Of a DNA stretch of 64,000 bases, positions 13,836 through 28,057 are shown in pieces. The DNA is from Stegostoma tigrinum (Eukaryota): the NCBI RefSeq assembly GCF_030684315.1, contig NC_081383.1:26147942-26211941 (forward strand), written 5' to 3'. A program made the position numbers and the translations under genes. How positions within the stretch are numbered: position 1 is the stretch's first letter; the number at the start of each line of letters is the position of its first letter. Below the pieces are notes generated by a model, which saw nothing but the letters and a program-made list of their open reading frames with translations, ran no database searches and was not told the origin of the DNA.

Positions 13836-16178
13836 TGTGATATATACCTTCCAATCAAGTTTAGTTGACATCTTGCTGTTTTACATTTTAAAAATTTGTC
13901 ATGTTTTAAAGCTGAGTTTTTTTTAGTCTTTGGTCTAGCATTTTTTTTGCCCATTCCTAATTGCACTTTAATTGAGTGACTTGCCAGGCCATTTCAGTGG
14001 GCAATTGAGAATGAACCACATTACCGTGAATCTGAGGTCACATCAACATGGCAAGATTTCCTTCTACAAAGGATATTGATAAGCCTAATGGATATTTTTA
14101 ACAGCAATCAATGATAGTTTTATGGTCACCTTTACTGAGGGTAGTTTATAGTTCATATTTATTAATTAAATTATAATTACTTTAATTTCCAAAAGCTGCT
14201 GTCATGACATTTGAACCTGTGTCCCCACAGCATTACTCTGAGCCTAAGAACTTTCTAGTCTAGTGACAATACTACAAAACTACAGTTTCTATATCCTTTT
14301 TTTGATTTTCATAGAGGTTTCCTTTATGAATTGTTCTTTGTTCCTTTGTATTGTTCTTTTCTTTCTCTGGGTTGGTGGTGATGAGGTTTTGAAGGACTCA
14401 TAGAGGTTCTGGTCCCAGATAAGACAAATCCTATAAGCTTACTTGTATCACTGAAAAGTCAGGCCTCAAAGGACACAACTGATCACCATTGATCAGACGG
14501 ATCAATTATCAAGCTGAAGTGGGTGATGATGGCGCAGTGGTAATGTCCCACTGAATTCTCAAGTTGATACTTTAGGGCTGGCATGTGGCACAGTGGCGGT
14601 GTCCCTATACCTCAACCGAGAGAATGAGGTTCAAGTCTCACTTGCTTCAGAGGTGTGTATTTACATCCCTGAACAGGTTGATTAGAAAAATAGGCTACAT
14701 TTTTTTTAAAATTATCAAGCCGTTGGAGTGACAATAATTTGTTCAGGCCAAAAAATAAGGCCATGATTACACCTGACTTGGGATAAGCTGAAAAACAGAG
14801 ATATTTGAAGCTTTCTTCATGAGCCGTCCTGCTCAGCTGTGACTCCTTTCTTCCTGACCCCACATCTAGTTTGGAGGCTACATATGTCATTTTTTGGTTA
14901 CTGGTGTTTGTCTTTAGTGTGCCAGCAATGATTACCATCTTTACTTTTCAAAGATTCTAGCAATGTTGATTGCCACAGGGAGAAAGTTTGTTGGATATAG
15001 GATGAGTATGTTTCCTCAACCTGCAGAAAGCTTCAGGATTGTAACATTTAGACTGCTGGCTAGGAAACTGGTTAAAAGCTATGCTGGTTTTCATATCACT
15101 GCTAGCTTACTGCAAATAATCTTAGATACTTTTAATATCATAGGGCATGGGTCTATGTACCCAAGTTGCTAACTGGCATATTCTTACCTCAGAGGAAGTT
15201 CATGAAAATGGTTCTACTGTTACAGTTTAACTGCGATCACACCTACGTCAATATCCTTCCTTAAGCATTTGGCTTTGTGGGGGCTTTTCACCAACAAACA
15301 TCTCAAACTGTTCCAAAAGCTCAATGTCCTTATTTCAAGGAGTCTCATCTGTCATCATAGCTAGACATGATTTTCAGACAATCCAGGCTTTGCGGTCTTG
15401 CAGTATGAACTGATGCTGTCTTCATTCAGGACAATGTCATGGTAGTTAGCTACTTGCTTGTACTCAGGTACAGTCACATAGTGCTATGTATAATATTGTT
15501 CAGACGATCTCTGCATTTGAACTTGCTTCACCAGCCTGCTCACAAGTGTCCGACTTGATAGAAGCAGATGAAGATGATGATCAGGAATTAACATTGCTCA
15601 GGAAGCTTGCTAGCAAATACCATCTTGATCACTGACCTTGGTCGTTCTGAAGAAACCCAAGGTAAAGAGACTTGGTCACATGCCAATTGATCATGCAGTG
15701 TCATATCAACAAATGAGCATCACAGGTAACTCCAATTCATTTTAGTGAAGGATAAGTCTTTTAACATATGAGTAGTATTTGGATGAGGGCAGAAGAAGAA
15801 AAGAATGACATACCTTGTAAGGTCTTCTTCAATTCTCTGAATGTTGTGGCAACCTCTACACTATGCTGCTACCTGGTCATTCCATAAGGACTTTGAAGTA
15901 TATAAAATTGACACTGCTTTCTTCCTCTCACAATATCCTCTGGCAGTCTGAAAACTAAATGCAATCTGGTGGATATGTCAGACTTTAGAAATGATGCAGG
16001 AACGGAAAGATTATATTGACAATCTACCTTAAACCATTTGTCTTTAGTATGAGATTGTCCATTAGGTGAATATTTGGTATCAGTCTAACTCAATCATGCG
16101 TTAAAAAAAGGCAATATCACTTGAATGATGACAATACAAGAGGCTTATTTTTAAAGCTAAGACTACATATCCACTTAC

Positions 16179-16447
16179 CATGTGTTTAACAGCCGATACA
16201 ATCTGAATAAATATAAATTTACTCTCATATTCTGAGAGACGTCCATTTGTGGAGATCTTGGTGAAAAGATCCCCTCCATCTGCATACTCCAAGACCAGGT
16301 ACAGTCGGGATTGTGTTTCCAGCATCTCATACAGCCGGATGATATTTGGATGATGAAGTTGCTCCATACACAGAATTTCATTTATGAACAGTTGTTGTGA
16401 CTTCTGGGTTACTTGCTTTTTATTCATGATTTTAATTGCTACCTTGT
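16179..16447 (-). CDS. NIM1K: NIM1-type kinase, coding exon 2
   Basis: tag|AC AAG GTA GCA ATT AAA (DKVAIK)...LHHPNIIRLYE...KHM|gtaagt. 269 nt, phases 1 and 0 fit the neighbouring exons. Confidence 0.92.
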
Positions 16448-19027
16448 CTACAAGTTACAGAGAAAAAGATATTCATTACTTTATTATTGATATCAGTCAT
16501 AACATTTCAATACATCAATATATATCAACATTTCAATCAAGTACTGAGGCACAAAACACTTCATAATGCAACCTGATCGTACATCAAGTAACTGGAGCTT
16601 GCAAAACAATTGAATATCAGATTTATTGATTAGGCTACAGGTTGAGAGGTTACACAAGATGCTAGAGTGAGGGGAATGAAGAGTTTAGATGGAGATTGTA
16701 GGTAAGAAAACAAAGGATCAAAACAGAATGAGTACCTTAACTTTTGAAGTGTTATGCAGCAAAACCAACGTTCATCATAGAAGACAAGATTGCAAGGTCA
16801 TCAGGACTTGATGTGGTATATGATACAAACAGCCAAGTTTGATGTGCTAAAAAAACTAATTAAGGCAGAGAAAGGGATCATTTGATCCATTAAATCTATC
16901 AGCTGAAATAGACTGAAAATGGCGAGTGAGCAATGAGCCTGGAATTAATCAAGTCTGAAGGCAATAAAGGCATGAATTAACTTTTTTTTGGATGCTAAAT
17001 TAAATGAGGCAAGAGCAGAAATAAATAATGTTGTTGAAGTGTAAATGATTGATCACATTATGGAGAAGACATGGGTCGAAACTTCAACTAGGGAAAATAG
17101 GACCCTGAGCAGGCAAACAATTCCATTGAACTGGACAATTGAAGACAGACATTGGAGGGTAACCCAGTTACCAACCGTGTCAAAGGCTGTGAAAAAGCTG
17201 AGAAAGATGAAGACGTATAATTGCACCATGGCCATTTTCAGAGCAAATGTAATTACAGAATCTGGCTAGGAATACTTCACCAAAATGAAGAGATGCAAGC
17301 ATGGAATTACATCAAATTGAAGAAAGGTTTGGAAGGCAGAAACACATTAAATTAGTATGGAGAAGATGAGGCAACAATTTACAATCACAAAGAGGTTGAG
17401 TTTTTTTTAGAACAGGACTTCTCAAGTGTGGCAGCTTTGAAAGGGAGAACAACAGTATCTGAGGGCCTAATACAATGGGCATGAATGTCGAGAAGGGAAG
17501 TTGGGTTTCACAGTTGTGTAGTCAAGGAAGCAGAAACTGGTTCTTGTGGATAAAAGAGGAGGAAGGAGAGAAACTAGACAAAAACACTGGTTCTGGGCTC
17601 TGCTGGGAGAAACATGGAAGAGAGCAGAATTTGACCTAGTGGCTAGGGAGAAGCAATGCAGCAAAAGTTGAACGATTGGTTTCAGTCTCTATTACAAACA
17701 ATTATTATTGAAGGTGAGAATGGTGAGGCACAGAGGAAATGTGTTAAAGGCAATTGTTGGTCTTTAAGAGAAAAAGCCAAGAGCTATCTTTGCCTTCCTG
17801 AATTGGTGAATAGTTTTGGCAAATGAGGTTGAATTGGTTGGTTCTGCTAGATCTGTTGATATATAGCTAGATGAGCTGCATGAAACCTAAGATTAAATCT
17901 GTGGCGGGTGAAAACATTGAGAAAGAAGACAGAAAGCAAGGCTTTTTGAGAGACAGGTATATGAGAGGTGTGGTAGAACACACTGAAGGCTGCTTAAGTG
18001 ATGAAGGTCCATGAAATCTTTGAATGAAGGAAGGACACCAATCCTTGCAGCTAAAGCTAAATTGTTCACATTATGGTGTGGGCCACTCTTGCCAATGGCT
18101 AAGAGGTTGAATGGCCTACTCCTGTTCCATAGTTCAAAGCTGAGTGTGCCTACGTAAGGAAGGATTTGGTGGTACCACAAGAACAACATTTATTGATTAA
18201 CACAATCCTATCATGAAAATACTTTTAAAGAAACATTTGACTAAGTACTCCAACTAAAGAGATCAAGTTGACCCTTCTAATTTGAAAATATTTTTAAAAA
18301 TGTTATCTTCATTACCCCAAAACTGGCAAAAAAAACTTTGAGAAGAAGCTGTTGTCACCATCTGCAGTGTAAAAATCCAAGTGAATGTTAACTGCAGTCA
18401 ACTGGCGCTGAACACGAAATCATAATAAATGATCTTCGCTGATAGTGGTTGTGTCTATGATAATCAATGGGTGTATTCCTCGTGCAGGTTTTCTAGTACT
18501 CTAAATGTGCCATGTTTTCAAATTAACATGTGTTTGTTAGTCTCTGTGCTGCAGAAACCCCAGATCTAAATGCCTCCATCACAGATGATGGCTGCTGCTA
18601 ATGAGAGTTCATTATCAATTGAATGGAGGTGGATGCTGAAAAAGTGCAGTGCACAGAAACTCAGCAAATCCAGTGGCATCTACAGAAAGCAAAAGTTCTT
18701 TGGAACAGTCATAATGGATATGTTCTGAAGAAGAGTTAAATTGGACTTGACATGGTAGCTGTATATCTCTCCACAATTGCTGCCAGGTCTGCTGAGTTTT
18801 TCCAGCACTTTCTGTTTTTATTTCAGGTTCTCAAATTGTCAGTTTAATAATGTCAAAGATTAGTAGTAATTATTAGCAGTGTTTTCCTCTGTTAGTTTTA
18901 ACCAGTCCTTAAATAGATGGTTTGAAGATGCATTGCTTGATGCATTAAGCTCTGTACTATTTCATTTTGTTTTGCTTCTAATATAATGTTATCACTAACA
19001 TTAACATTATTAGTTATTATAATATTT

Positions 19028-19357
19028 GGGGTGGCATGGTGGCTCAGTGGTTAACACTGCTGCCTTACAGCGCCAGGGACCCAGGTTTGATTCCACCCTC
19101 ATGAGACTGTCTGTGTGGAGTTTGCACATTCTCCCTGTGTCTGTGTGGGTTTCCTCTGGGTGCTCCAGTTTCCTCCCAGAGTCCAAAGATGTGCACACTA
19201 GGTGGATTGGCCATGCGAAATTGCCCATAGTGTTCAGGGATATGTAGATTAGGTGGGCTGTAGGGGGATGGATCTGGTTGGGATGCTCTGAGGGTCGATG
19301 TGGACTTGTTGGGCCGAGTGGCCTGTTTCCACACTGTAGAGATTCTATGATTCTATT
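19028..19357 (+). mobile_element. tRNA-derived HE1-like (V-SINE) element
   Basis: A box GGTGGCTCAGTGG and B-box-like GGTTTGATTCC, V-SINE-type core (gtgtggagtttgcacattctcc..gggtttcctc), CR1-like tail ending (attctatg)n. Confidence 0.85.
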
Positions 19358-19535
19358 ACGTCATTTTTCAATACATTACAGAATCACAGTATGGTGCTAA
19401 CTTATTGCACAGCAGACAGATTTTTGTATATAATCTCGATACCAGCATGAATTGTCTCGCCTGAAAATAAAGACAACCTCTTTAATCAGCCAGACTTCTC
19501 AGTACGTAGGATAGGAGTGGGTCAGGTAGACAAAC

Positions 19536-19824
19536 CTTTTGTTAAGCAGTGTATTCCAAGCTTCACTTTGGAGAAGTTCCCAGTACCAATTTCTCCACGG
19601 AGCTGGTAAAATCCAATCCTTTTTCCAAGCATCAGTTCATTTTTTACTTTCTTGCTATTCTTCATGTCATAAATAACTTTCTCAAATGGTGAGAGTAAGA
19701 TATTTTGCTCGTCTTCTTGCTCCTTCTCATCCATATGGTGTTGTACCTGCCATTTAACACTTTGTGTTGTGCCGAGGTGACCACTCAAACTCTTGTTGTG
19801 AACAGATAAATTTGCTACAGCCAT
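19536..19824 (-). CDS. NIM1K: NIM1-type kinase, coding exon 1
   Basis: ATG at 19824; ..SPFEKV..ELMLGKRIGFYQLRGEIGTGNFSKVKLGIHCLTK G|gtttgt. Joined CDS is 1308 nt (435 aa). May be a NIM1K paralogue rather than the 1:1 orthologue. Confidence 0.88.
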
Positions 19825-20744
19825 CAATAAGGTTCACAGGGTGTATCTAAAAAACAAGAACTTCTTCATCATTCCTCAAAAAAAGTCTGTCAAAGCTGGC
19901 AAGCAGAAGTTCCCCTTTAAAAAAGCATCCCCAATGCATTGGTTGCTCCTCGATGAATCAAGTTTTACTTTAGTTCCACATGGGCTCACTTCTTAGAAGA
20001 TCCTTCCCAAACTTGCATTTGTTAGTTTCTTACTGCAGGAAGTCTAGGTCTAAATGCTTCTGCCACTGATTATGGCCAGTACCAATGAGACAAAAATATT
20101 GCTATTTCATCATCATTATCATTTCAATGGAGGTTGAAAAGCCATCACTTTGTCTCCCTCTTGATCGGAGAATCTTTTAATGTTTTAGACAATGACTGAA
20201 CATACCCTGTGATGACACGGGAAAAAAAAATGTAACTTTGATAATGGACAGTCAGTAGATCTGAAGAAAATATGTTATATGAAAAGGGGCCACAAAATCC
20301 ATTGGTTTATAAAATAGCAAGAGATCAACCCACAGAAAACTATCTTGTATTGTTGAAAAACGGTGATTAGAGTGTCTATGTTCAACAACTCATGCAATAC
20401 TAAATTATTTCCCCTGCCACATATACATCCAATTTTCTTTTAAACTTATTGAACACTTTCACTTTCACCACCCTCAAAGGCAGCAAGTTCCAAGCCATTA
20501 CCATTCAATGCTTTAAAAAAATTCACGCTCATTTTCTTGTCCAAAATATTAAGTCTGTGTCACCTATACCTGGTGCCACTGGAATATGAGGACTGATTTT
20601 CTTCAGAGGCGTGAGGGTTTTCTGAAACTTCAGATGTCAGCCAAGTATATGGCTCTACTCTTCAAAGAGTGACAATCCCATTCTTCCTGTGACCGTTTGG
20701 TGTTCCTGCTTTAAAGCAAGGTGTTGGTTCACTGCTAAATAAAA

Positions 20745-20937
20745 ATCAAAAGAATTGTGGATGCTGTAAATCAGAAACAAAAACAGTGATGCTGGGAAAG
20801 CTCAGCAGGTCTGGCAGCTTCTGTGGAGAGAAATCAGAACTGAGAAAGGGTCACTCAACCCGAAATGTGAACTCTGATTTCTCTCCACAGATACTGCCAG
20901 ACCTGCTGAGCTTTTCCCACAATCTCTATTTTTGTTA
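20745..20937. mobile_element. Short hairpin non-autonomous Penelope-derived element
   Basis: Inverted arms (aaagctcagcaggtctggcag / ctgccagacctgctgagcttt) flank a degenerate CTGA..GGG..CCCGAAA motif. Related copies near 3860-3990, 18630-18825 and 26875-27290. Confidence 0.65.
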
Positions 20938-21981
20938 CAGGTTCACTAATGCCCCTCAGGTAAGGAAATCTGCCATCTTCACCTTGACTGGTTTACATGT
21001 GACTCCAGACCCACAGCCATGCAGTTGACTCTCGACTGGCCTCTGAAATGAAACAACTCACTTGTATCATTCGCTATAAAGTCTCAAGAAACAAATGGAA
21101 CCAGACAGACTACCTGGCTTCCACCTAGGCACCAGAAAAGACAATAGCAGAAATAGCCCTGCTGACCCTGCAAAGTCCTCCTTACTAACATCAGGGGACT
21201 AGCGCCAAAATTGTGAGAGCTGTCTCACAGACTAAACCAACATGCTTGTCATTGCCTATCAGTTATGTTTCAGTGAGTATGACTATGTCCCAGACTCTAC
21301 TATCACCATCCCTGGTCATGTCCTGTCCCACTGAATAATACCAAAACAGAAATGAGGACCTTCAAACAGCAAATTATATTTTTAAAACCTTCCTGACAAC
21401 TTTACTGACTGTATAAAGACTGCGTATTCTTATGTAGTTCTACACATCACACCAGCACCATGCAAGCCAGCTGATCGGTACTCCTAATGATTCAAGCTAA
21501 ACAGGTTAAAGTCTTATTGGTGAGATCCAGCAGATTGGGGTGCCTGCTCGTGATGTAGGCTTGGCTGATGGATCATAAAAGAACACTACCTAAATCTCTC
21601 ACTCCACTGTTGCCTACCATGTTCCAATTATTGAACCCTTTCCCATGACTAACCTTAAGTTCAAAAGGACCTGTAAGATTTCTACCCTATTCCCAATTCT
21701 CAAATAATCAAAGCTGAATTGAGGCTACACAGCAACATACAACAGGTATTAAGTAATTGCTAGATAAGAATAGCACTAACCTTCAGATTTGTTATGGCAT
21801 TAGTAAAGAAAGCCTTATAATCAAAGTACATTAACAATGTCTCCAGCCAGTTGTTACATAATAATTTTAGAATTAATTTAAATTGATGAAATTTATTCTT
21901 TAAACGTGCCCAAGTTTGATTTTGTAACACTGCGCTATCAGTGAATAAGATAGCATATCATAAATTCGTAGGAATAGTTAC

Positions 21982-22276
21982 CTGTTTCATTGAATTTGTA
22001 TAATATTACTTTCTTCTCCATCTGTTGTAGCTTTATGTTGATCTTTTGGTTTTTACGTGTCCTGCCGCATGAAGTGCCTTTGCATCCCACTTTTCAGTAT
22101 TGCCTGCTGTTCACTGCTCCTGTGTCAGTTGCACATGGTGGAGTCTAAAAGGGTTTCAATCTCTGGTGAATGCTACAAAGAACAGACAGAAATGTTCTGC
22201 TGTCCGGATTAATCTTGCTCAGTTACTCACAGTCTTAAGGATGAGGATTAGTGCAGTTACTTTGCCTTTTTATATG
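21982..22276 (-). promoter_or_regulatory. Putative TATA box and non-coding first exon of the NIM1K-like gene
   Basis: Minus-strand TATAAAAAG near 22266-22274, a CAG|gtaact donor near 21982, and a polypyrimidine-cacag acceptor near 20208 upstream of the ATG. Inference only. Confidence 0.35.
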
Positions 22277-23294
22277 TGACCTGGTTATTCTTAACAGGAT
22301 TTCAAGAACTACTGCCTGACCTAAAATGACTAGGTTCTATTTATTTAAAGGTGTCATTAGTGCATTTATTTCTTTTAATAGAATGCAATCATCTTAAAAC
22401 AACCTACCCTTTGTTATTGACTGTACTCCACATGCAAAGCTCCTAAAGTGATTTCTCACACTATGCTACCAGTGTCACTTCTCACACAATACCAAATTAT
22501 ATTGATAAAGGTAAAGTCAACATTGCCCCAGAGGACAAGAGGACTGCTCTCTCATTAGACAGACATGACTGCTGATGAATTTAACTTGAGAGTCACCATG
22601 GCTCAGGAAAGGGCGATTGAGGAGGTGGGACTTCTTAGCCAGTAAGGGAATTGAACCCACACTGTTGGCATCACTCTGCATCGCAAATGAGCCATGCAGC
22701 CATTTGAGCTTATATTGATATAATGTCTACAACATAGGAAAAGACCTCCCAAGAGCCTGGACTGGAATATAATCAGACAAAAGCAAAGCAAAATTGATTC
22801 AGACTGGTCCATGTTATCGGTACAAAATAGTCTCTATGCCCATTAGCAATTTATTTTTCATAACATTAGCCTTTATTTTCCATTGACTTGGAAAATGACT
22901 GTCAGGATACTTAATTTCAAACAGAATTAAAGAAATGAGATTAGGAAGCATTTCTCCAACTACTGCTCTGTGAAAGTAAATTGGGTGTGTGGAAAAATCA
23001 GCTGTTGATTCACTCAGGATCTCTTTTACTTTGCAGATGTAGAAAGGTTTTGCTCATGAGACTTTAGGCATGTCTGGTCAAAGGGCGGTGTGTTGCATAA
23101 GGAAGCTGGCTTGAAAGAGTTAACTTGAAAGCTTTGGAATATCTTCACCCACTGATGTGTAAAAGACTGGCTTGTCCCTCATTCAGTCAGCATCTTATTA
23201 GTGAGATCTACAGTCATGTAGCATATACCTGGTTACTATTGCTTAAGAGGTAATGTTAACCAGTCATAAGCTAACGTAACCTGTTATCTTACCT

Positions 23295-23650
23295 TTTTTT
23301 TGCTTTATTCGTTCATGGGATGAGGGGCATCACTGGCTAGGCAGCATTTATTGCCCAATCCTAATTTCCCAGACAGCAGTTAAGTGTCAACCACGTTGCC
23401 GTGCGGCTGGAGTCACATGTAGGCCAGACCAGGTAAGAATGGCAGTTTCCTTCCCTAAAGGGCATTAGTGAACCAGATGGGTTTTTCCTCTAATTGACAA
23501 TGGATTCACTGTAATCATTAGATTCTTAATTCCAGATATTTATTAAATTCAAATTCCACCATCTGCAGTGGCAAGATTTGAACCTGGGTCCCTAGAATGT
23601 TATCTATGTCTCTGGATTAACAGTCCAGTGATAACACCATCACTTCCCCA
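23295..23650 (-). mobile_element. tRNA-derived SINE (SacSINE/DeuSINE-like family)
   Basis: About 340 bp with a reverse-strand tRNA-like head (GGTTCAAATC B box). Closely similar copies at about 13930-14275, 27345-27612, 31012-31342, 51153-51500 and 56588-57038. Confidence 0.75.
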
Positions 23651-26600
23651 CTATTATGTAATAAATCATAACCTACTACTGATCTGTGGCTCATCCTTCT
23701 AATACTTAAAGAAGCATTGGTGGCAACGTATTTAACTGAAGAAGATCTTGTCACGACCATGCGTCAACTGTGAACATGTCAGAAGTGAGGCAATCCATCA
23801 TAACGGACCCCAGAGTTTAAAAACCAGGCAGGAAAACACACCGACGCTTCATCAGAGGCTGCACTGAGGATGTTACCCAGCACAGTAACAAAACGTCTGC
23901 AGAACAACAAAACAGTTCAGTGAGCCAACCAACCTCAACGCCCACAACCCAAGCTACAGATCTACTCCAAAACCTTAGAGCATTGCCATCTATTGTGGAG
24001 CAAAGTGATTTTTAAAATTTGTTCGCAGTGTGAGTGTCATTGGCTAGGCCAGCATTTATTGTCAACCCCTAACAGTTTTTGAAAAGGTGGTGGTGAGCCA
24101 CCTTCTTGAGCCACTGAAGCCCCCCCTGTATGATGTCGGGACCACTACAGTGCAGTTAGAAAGAGAGTTCCAGGATTTTAACCCAGCAACTGTGAAGGAA
24201 CAGCAATGTAGCTCTAAGTCAGAATGGTTTGGCTTGGAGGAGAACTTGCAGGTGTAGGTGCTCCATATAGCTGCTGCCCTTGTCCTTCTAGGTGATAGCA
24301 GTCATATATTTGGAAAGTGTTAACGAAGGAGGCTTGGTGAATTACTGCAGAGCATCTTGTAGATGGTATTTGGGATGCGCAAAAGGCCACAGCAGGAGGA
24401 ACATAGAGGTTTGTGTGTGTATGTCCCATTGCTACTGCAAAGTACAGTGCTTGTATGTATATGCATCCATGTGTATGCCTGTCTGTTTTATAATGCACCG
24501 GTGAAGAGACATTTTAATTTGTTAAATATGCTACATAAGTATGAATTGTTGTTGTTCTCTATTTTGCCCACTATAGTGTGATTTGTGAACTCAAGTATTC
24601 TTGCCCCCACCTTATGCTTAACTTTCTGTCTTTGTCTCTCTGGGCCAAACACTTGTGTCAGACGAGATAGTGAACCCAGCCTGAGCCATGTGTTCAGGGT
24701 GAACCCAGCATCCAGGTTGATTTGACAACTTATACAGAAGCATCAGAAACAAGAATTTTACCTAGACAAATTTTCAACAGAATAGAAAGAGATAATTCAG
24801 ATATGTACCTGAACTTATTGAGTGGGCCACTCTCAAGTGATTTGTAACTCATCTAATTTGTAAAATAATGAGCAACAGGAGCATTACTCCTGTGAAGAAG
24901 GGGTAAATTATGTTGGGTGGGGTGATGGGAAGTAAGTTGTTGCTGCATAAATTAAAAGCCAACTTGGAGAGGAAGCAGGCTATTGAATTTTCTTGCACCA
25001 TCCGTCAATGTGTTAAATTCAGTTAATCATCCCCTTTCATTTTGCTTCTGCAGGACCAGGAGCAGACAAGGCAGAATTATTTCCAAGCACTGAGTAACTT
25101 ATAACTAACTCCATTATAAAACAATAGTTCCATCCATTTCCCTGGTAGCCAAAAGACCAAAGTAAAGATCTATTTTTTTTTTTCTCAGATGCTAACTCAC
25201 AGGTATTAATGGGACAGATCACGTGCAGGGAATGACAATGAGGTATTCACAGAAAGAAAAAGAATGGAACGGGTCATAATAGCCTTGTGTGGGGAGATGT
25301 CAGTGGTTCTGGATATCTCAAGATTGCATGCCATTATTAGAACATAACTGACCGGACAAAGTAGGTAAGATTAGAGAACTACTACTTCTTTCAATTCGCT
25401 CCAATTCTTCCAACACCATGGAATAAAAACCCTCATGCTCCATGCACCATTGGTTAATGATTTGTAACACCCCTTCCACTGGAAGCTGTGTTTGGAATTC
25501 ACTCTAACGCCCTTCCTTGCACACAACAAACTGCCCTTTTGGCAATAGATGTATGATCATGTATTTCCCAGCAGTTGAAAGATATCTGTCCAATGCTCAT
25601 CTTAATCTAATAATACTATTCTTACTGCAAGACAAAATGGCGCACTGTGTATTGGGAAGGCTTCTTGTGGATGTAATTGCGCTCACAGTGAACAAGCAAT
25701 GGAGTTAAAGAGCGACTTTCACCCAGAAGGCCACAGATTATGGAAATGGGCAGTTAATACTGAATTACAGAGCACAAGGAATTCTGAAAAGTAGATATAA
25801 AATTCATTTTATCTCATCTAGCTTTTCAGAAGAATGACTAACTTTAACTGCAGCGTCAGTGTGTTCTGATTTGATGTGCGTTAGTCTGATGAGCATCACA
25901 CTATGTTCCTGACTTGGAATGCAAATGCCAAAACTTCACTTTCCTCATAAGGTATTTTTAAAAATAATAAATCTCAGCGCTGAGGAGAAAGAACTGGGCA
26001 GTGGAAATTATTGAAAACTTTCAACACAGTAGGCTGAATAACCTGCTAAAGTACTGCAAATTCTACAAGAAGGAATTATTTTCCTCCTTGTAGAGACCAA
26101 TGGTGTACAACAGCTTCATTTCAGACAGAATCATTCTCCAGTCTCAACAGTGTAGCCTAGGCCAGTGTGTTCTCCATTTTGGAATCAAAGTTGGTGTTCT
26201 GGGACAGGTATGAGAGCACTGCATTCCAGCCTTCACAGATGTGAGACCAACTACTCGGAAGCAACCTCAACATCGATATCTGATTGCTCTAAACTCCACC
26301 TTGAACATGAAACAATCTACATCACCCTTTACCAATCTGTCTTGACCTAGGACAAAATTATCATCCCTCCAAGAGAGTCCTGGAATCTCCAAGGATTTAA
26401 GATCAACATTTCCAGGACACTCTTGGAGTGCATTCAGCCACAATTTACAACTTTAAGCCCAATCAACCTCTTCCATTCTGAGCACTGCAGAAGCAAGTAT
26501 TAATTCACTTCTTTGTGAGTATGTGACTACAATGGAGGGAGCGCAGAGGAGATTTATCAGGATCTTGCATGGGTTAGAGCATTTTAGCTACGACAAGAGA

Positions 26601-27814
26601 TTGGATGGGCTCAAGTCATTTTTTACAGAGCAGAGAAGGTTGAGGGGGGGACATGATTAAGACATATGAGGTTACGAGGGGCATCGACAGGGTGGGTAAG
26701 CAGCTGTTCTCCTTAACTGAAGGATCAATGGCAAAGGGCCATAATTTTAAGATACAGGGCAGGAGCTTTAGGGATTTGAGGAAAAACATTTTTCACTCAG
26801 AGGGTGATGGAAACCTCAAATGCACAGACTGGGAGAGAAGAAAAGATGGGAAATCTCACAACTTTTAAAAATGGAAAGAACTGTGCATGCTGTAAATCAG
26901 AAACAAAAACAGAAATTGCTGGAAAAGCTTAGGAGGTCTGGCAACATCTATGAAGCAAAAATCAGCATAATTTTTCCAGTCCTGTGACCCTTCCTCAGAA
27001 CAGATGATAGCTAAGAAAATGTTATTTTATATGCAGTAGATAGTGTGGGGGAGGGTGTAGGGAATAAATGATAAGTGGGAATAGGGCCTAAAGAGTGAGA
27101 AGAACAATTGGACAATGAAGTGGATAACGATCTCACTAGGATAGTGACTAACTGTTGAAGGAGACTAAACAGAGACATTTTGCTAGCCACTGTCAATTCT
27201 GAGGTAAGGTCACCAAACTTGAAAGGATGACTCTGATTTCTCATCACAGACCTGCTAAGCTTTACAGGCAACTTCAGTTTTTGTTTCAACCTTCAAAAAT
27301 GCTTGGATAAGCAACTGAAACGTCATAACACTCCAGGCTATTTTTTCCAATTCATTCAGAGGATGTGGGCTACACCAACAATCATTACCATTGGCAGTTC
27401 AGAGTCAACAACATTACTGTGGATCTGGAGTCACATGGAGACTGCAGACCAGATAAGGATTACAGTTTCTTTCCCTTTTGTTTGCCTGACAATCAACAAC
27501 GGTTCATTGTCATAACTAGACATACAATTCCAAATTTTTTAAATTGCCCAGAACATTACCTGGGTCTCTGGATTAATCGGCTAGTGATACTATCACTAGG
27601 CCATCACCTCCCACTACGAGGGAAGTGCTGGAAAGTGGGATCAATATAGCCTGGTCGGCAAACTTAATGAACCAAAACGTCTCTACTTTGCTGTGCTTTA
27701 AACAAAGAAAAAGAACTGTGAATGCTGGAAGCACTCATCACATCTGGCAACGGCTGTTGAGAATCTCCAGCATGGTCCCTTCTTGTAACTGAGCTTTGCC
27801 CCTAATTGCAGCCG

Positions 27815-28057
27815 ATTGATTGGGTAGAAAAGTTCATGTTGCACCATCTGATTGGACCACACCCCTTCCCCCAGTCGTGCTATTGGACTGTTTGCGCGCC
27901 CTTTGATGATTGGCGTTACTGTACTGTGTTGTGATTGGTGCTTCTGTCCAGTGTCGTGACTGGCCCGCCTATGCTTGCTGTGATTGGTGGAGGGGTGACT
28001 TCGCGTTCTGATTGGTGGTTGTTGGGGGCGGCAGGCGGCGTGGCGGGAAGGCGGCTG
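27815..28057 (+). promoter_or_regulatory. POLE4 CpG promoter with clustered inverted CCAAT boxes and an E2F-like site
   Basis: ATTGG at 27819, 27851, 27882, 27909, 27934, 27983 and 28011; TTTGCGCGCC at 27891-27900. Confidence 0.75.

Noticed and set aside
15200-15720. Coding-looking stretch in NIM1K intron 2
   Set aside because: Only short open frames and no recognisable motif; possibly an old transposon, but unsupported.
19028-19100. tRNA gene
   Set aside because: It is the tRNA-derived head of a SINE, followed by SINE core and a CR1-like tail.
27935-28057. N-terminal extension of POLE4 suggested by the ORF track
   Set aside because: It starts at a non-ATG codon within the CCAAT-box promoter; the first ATG is at 28058.
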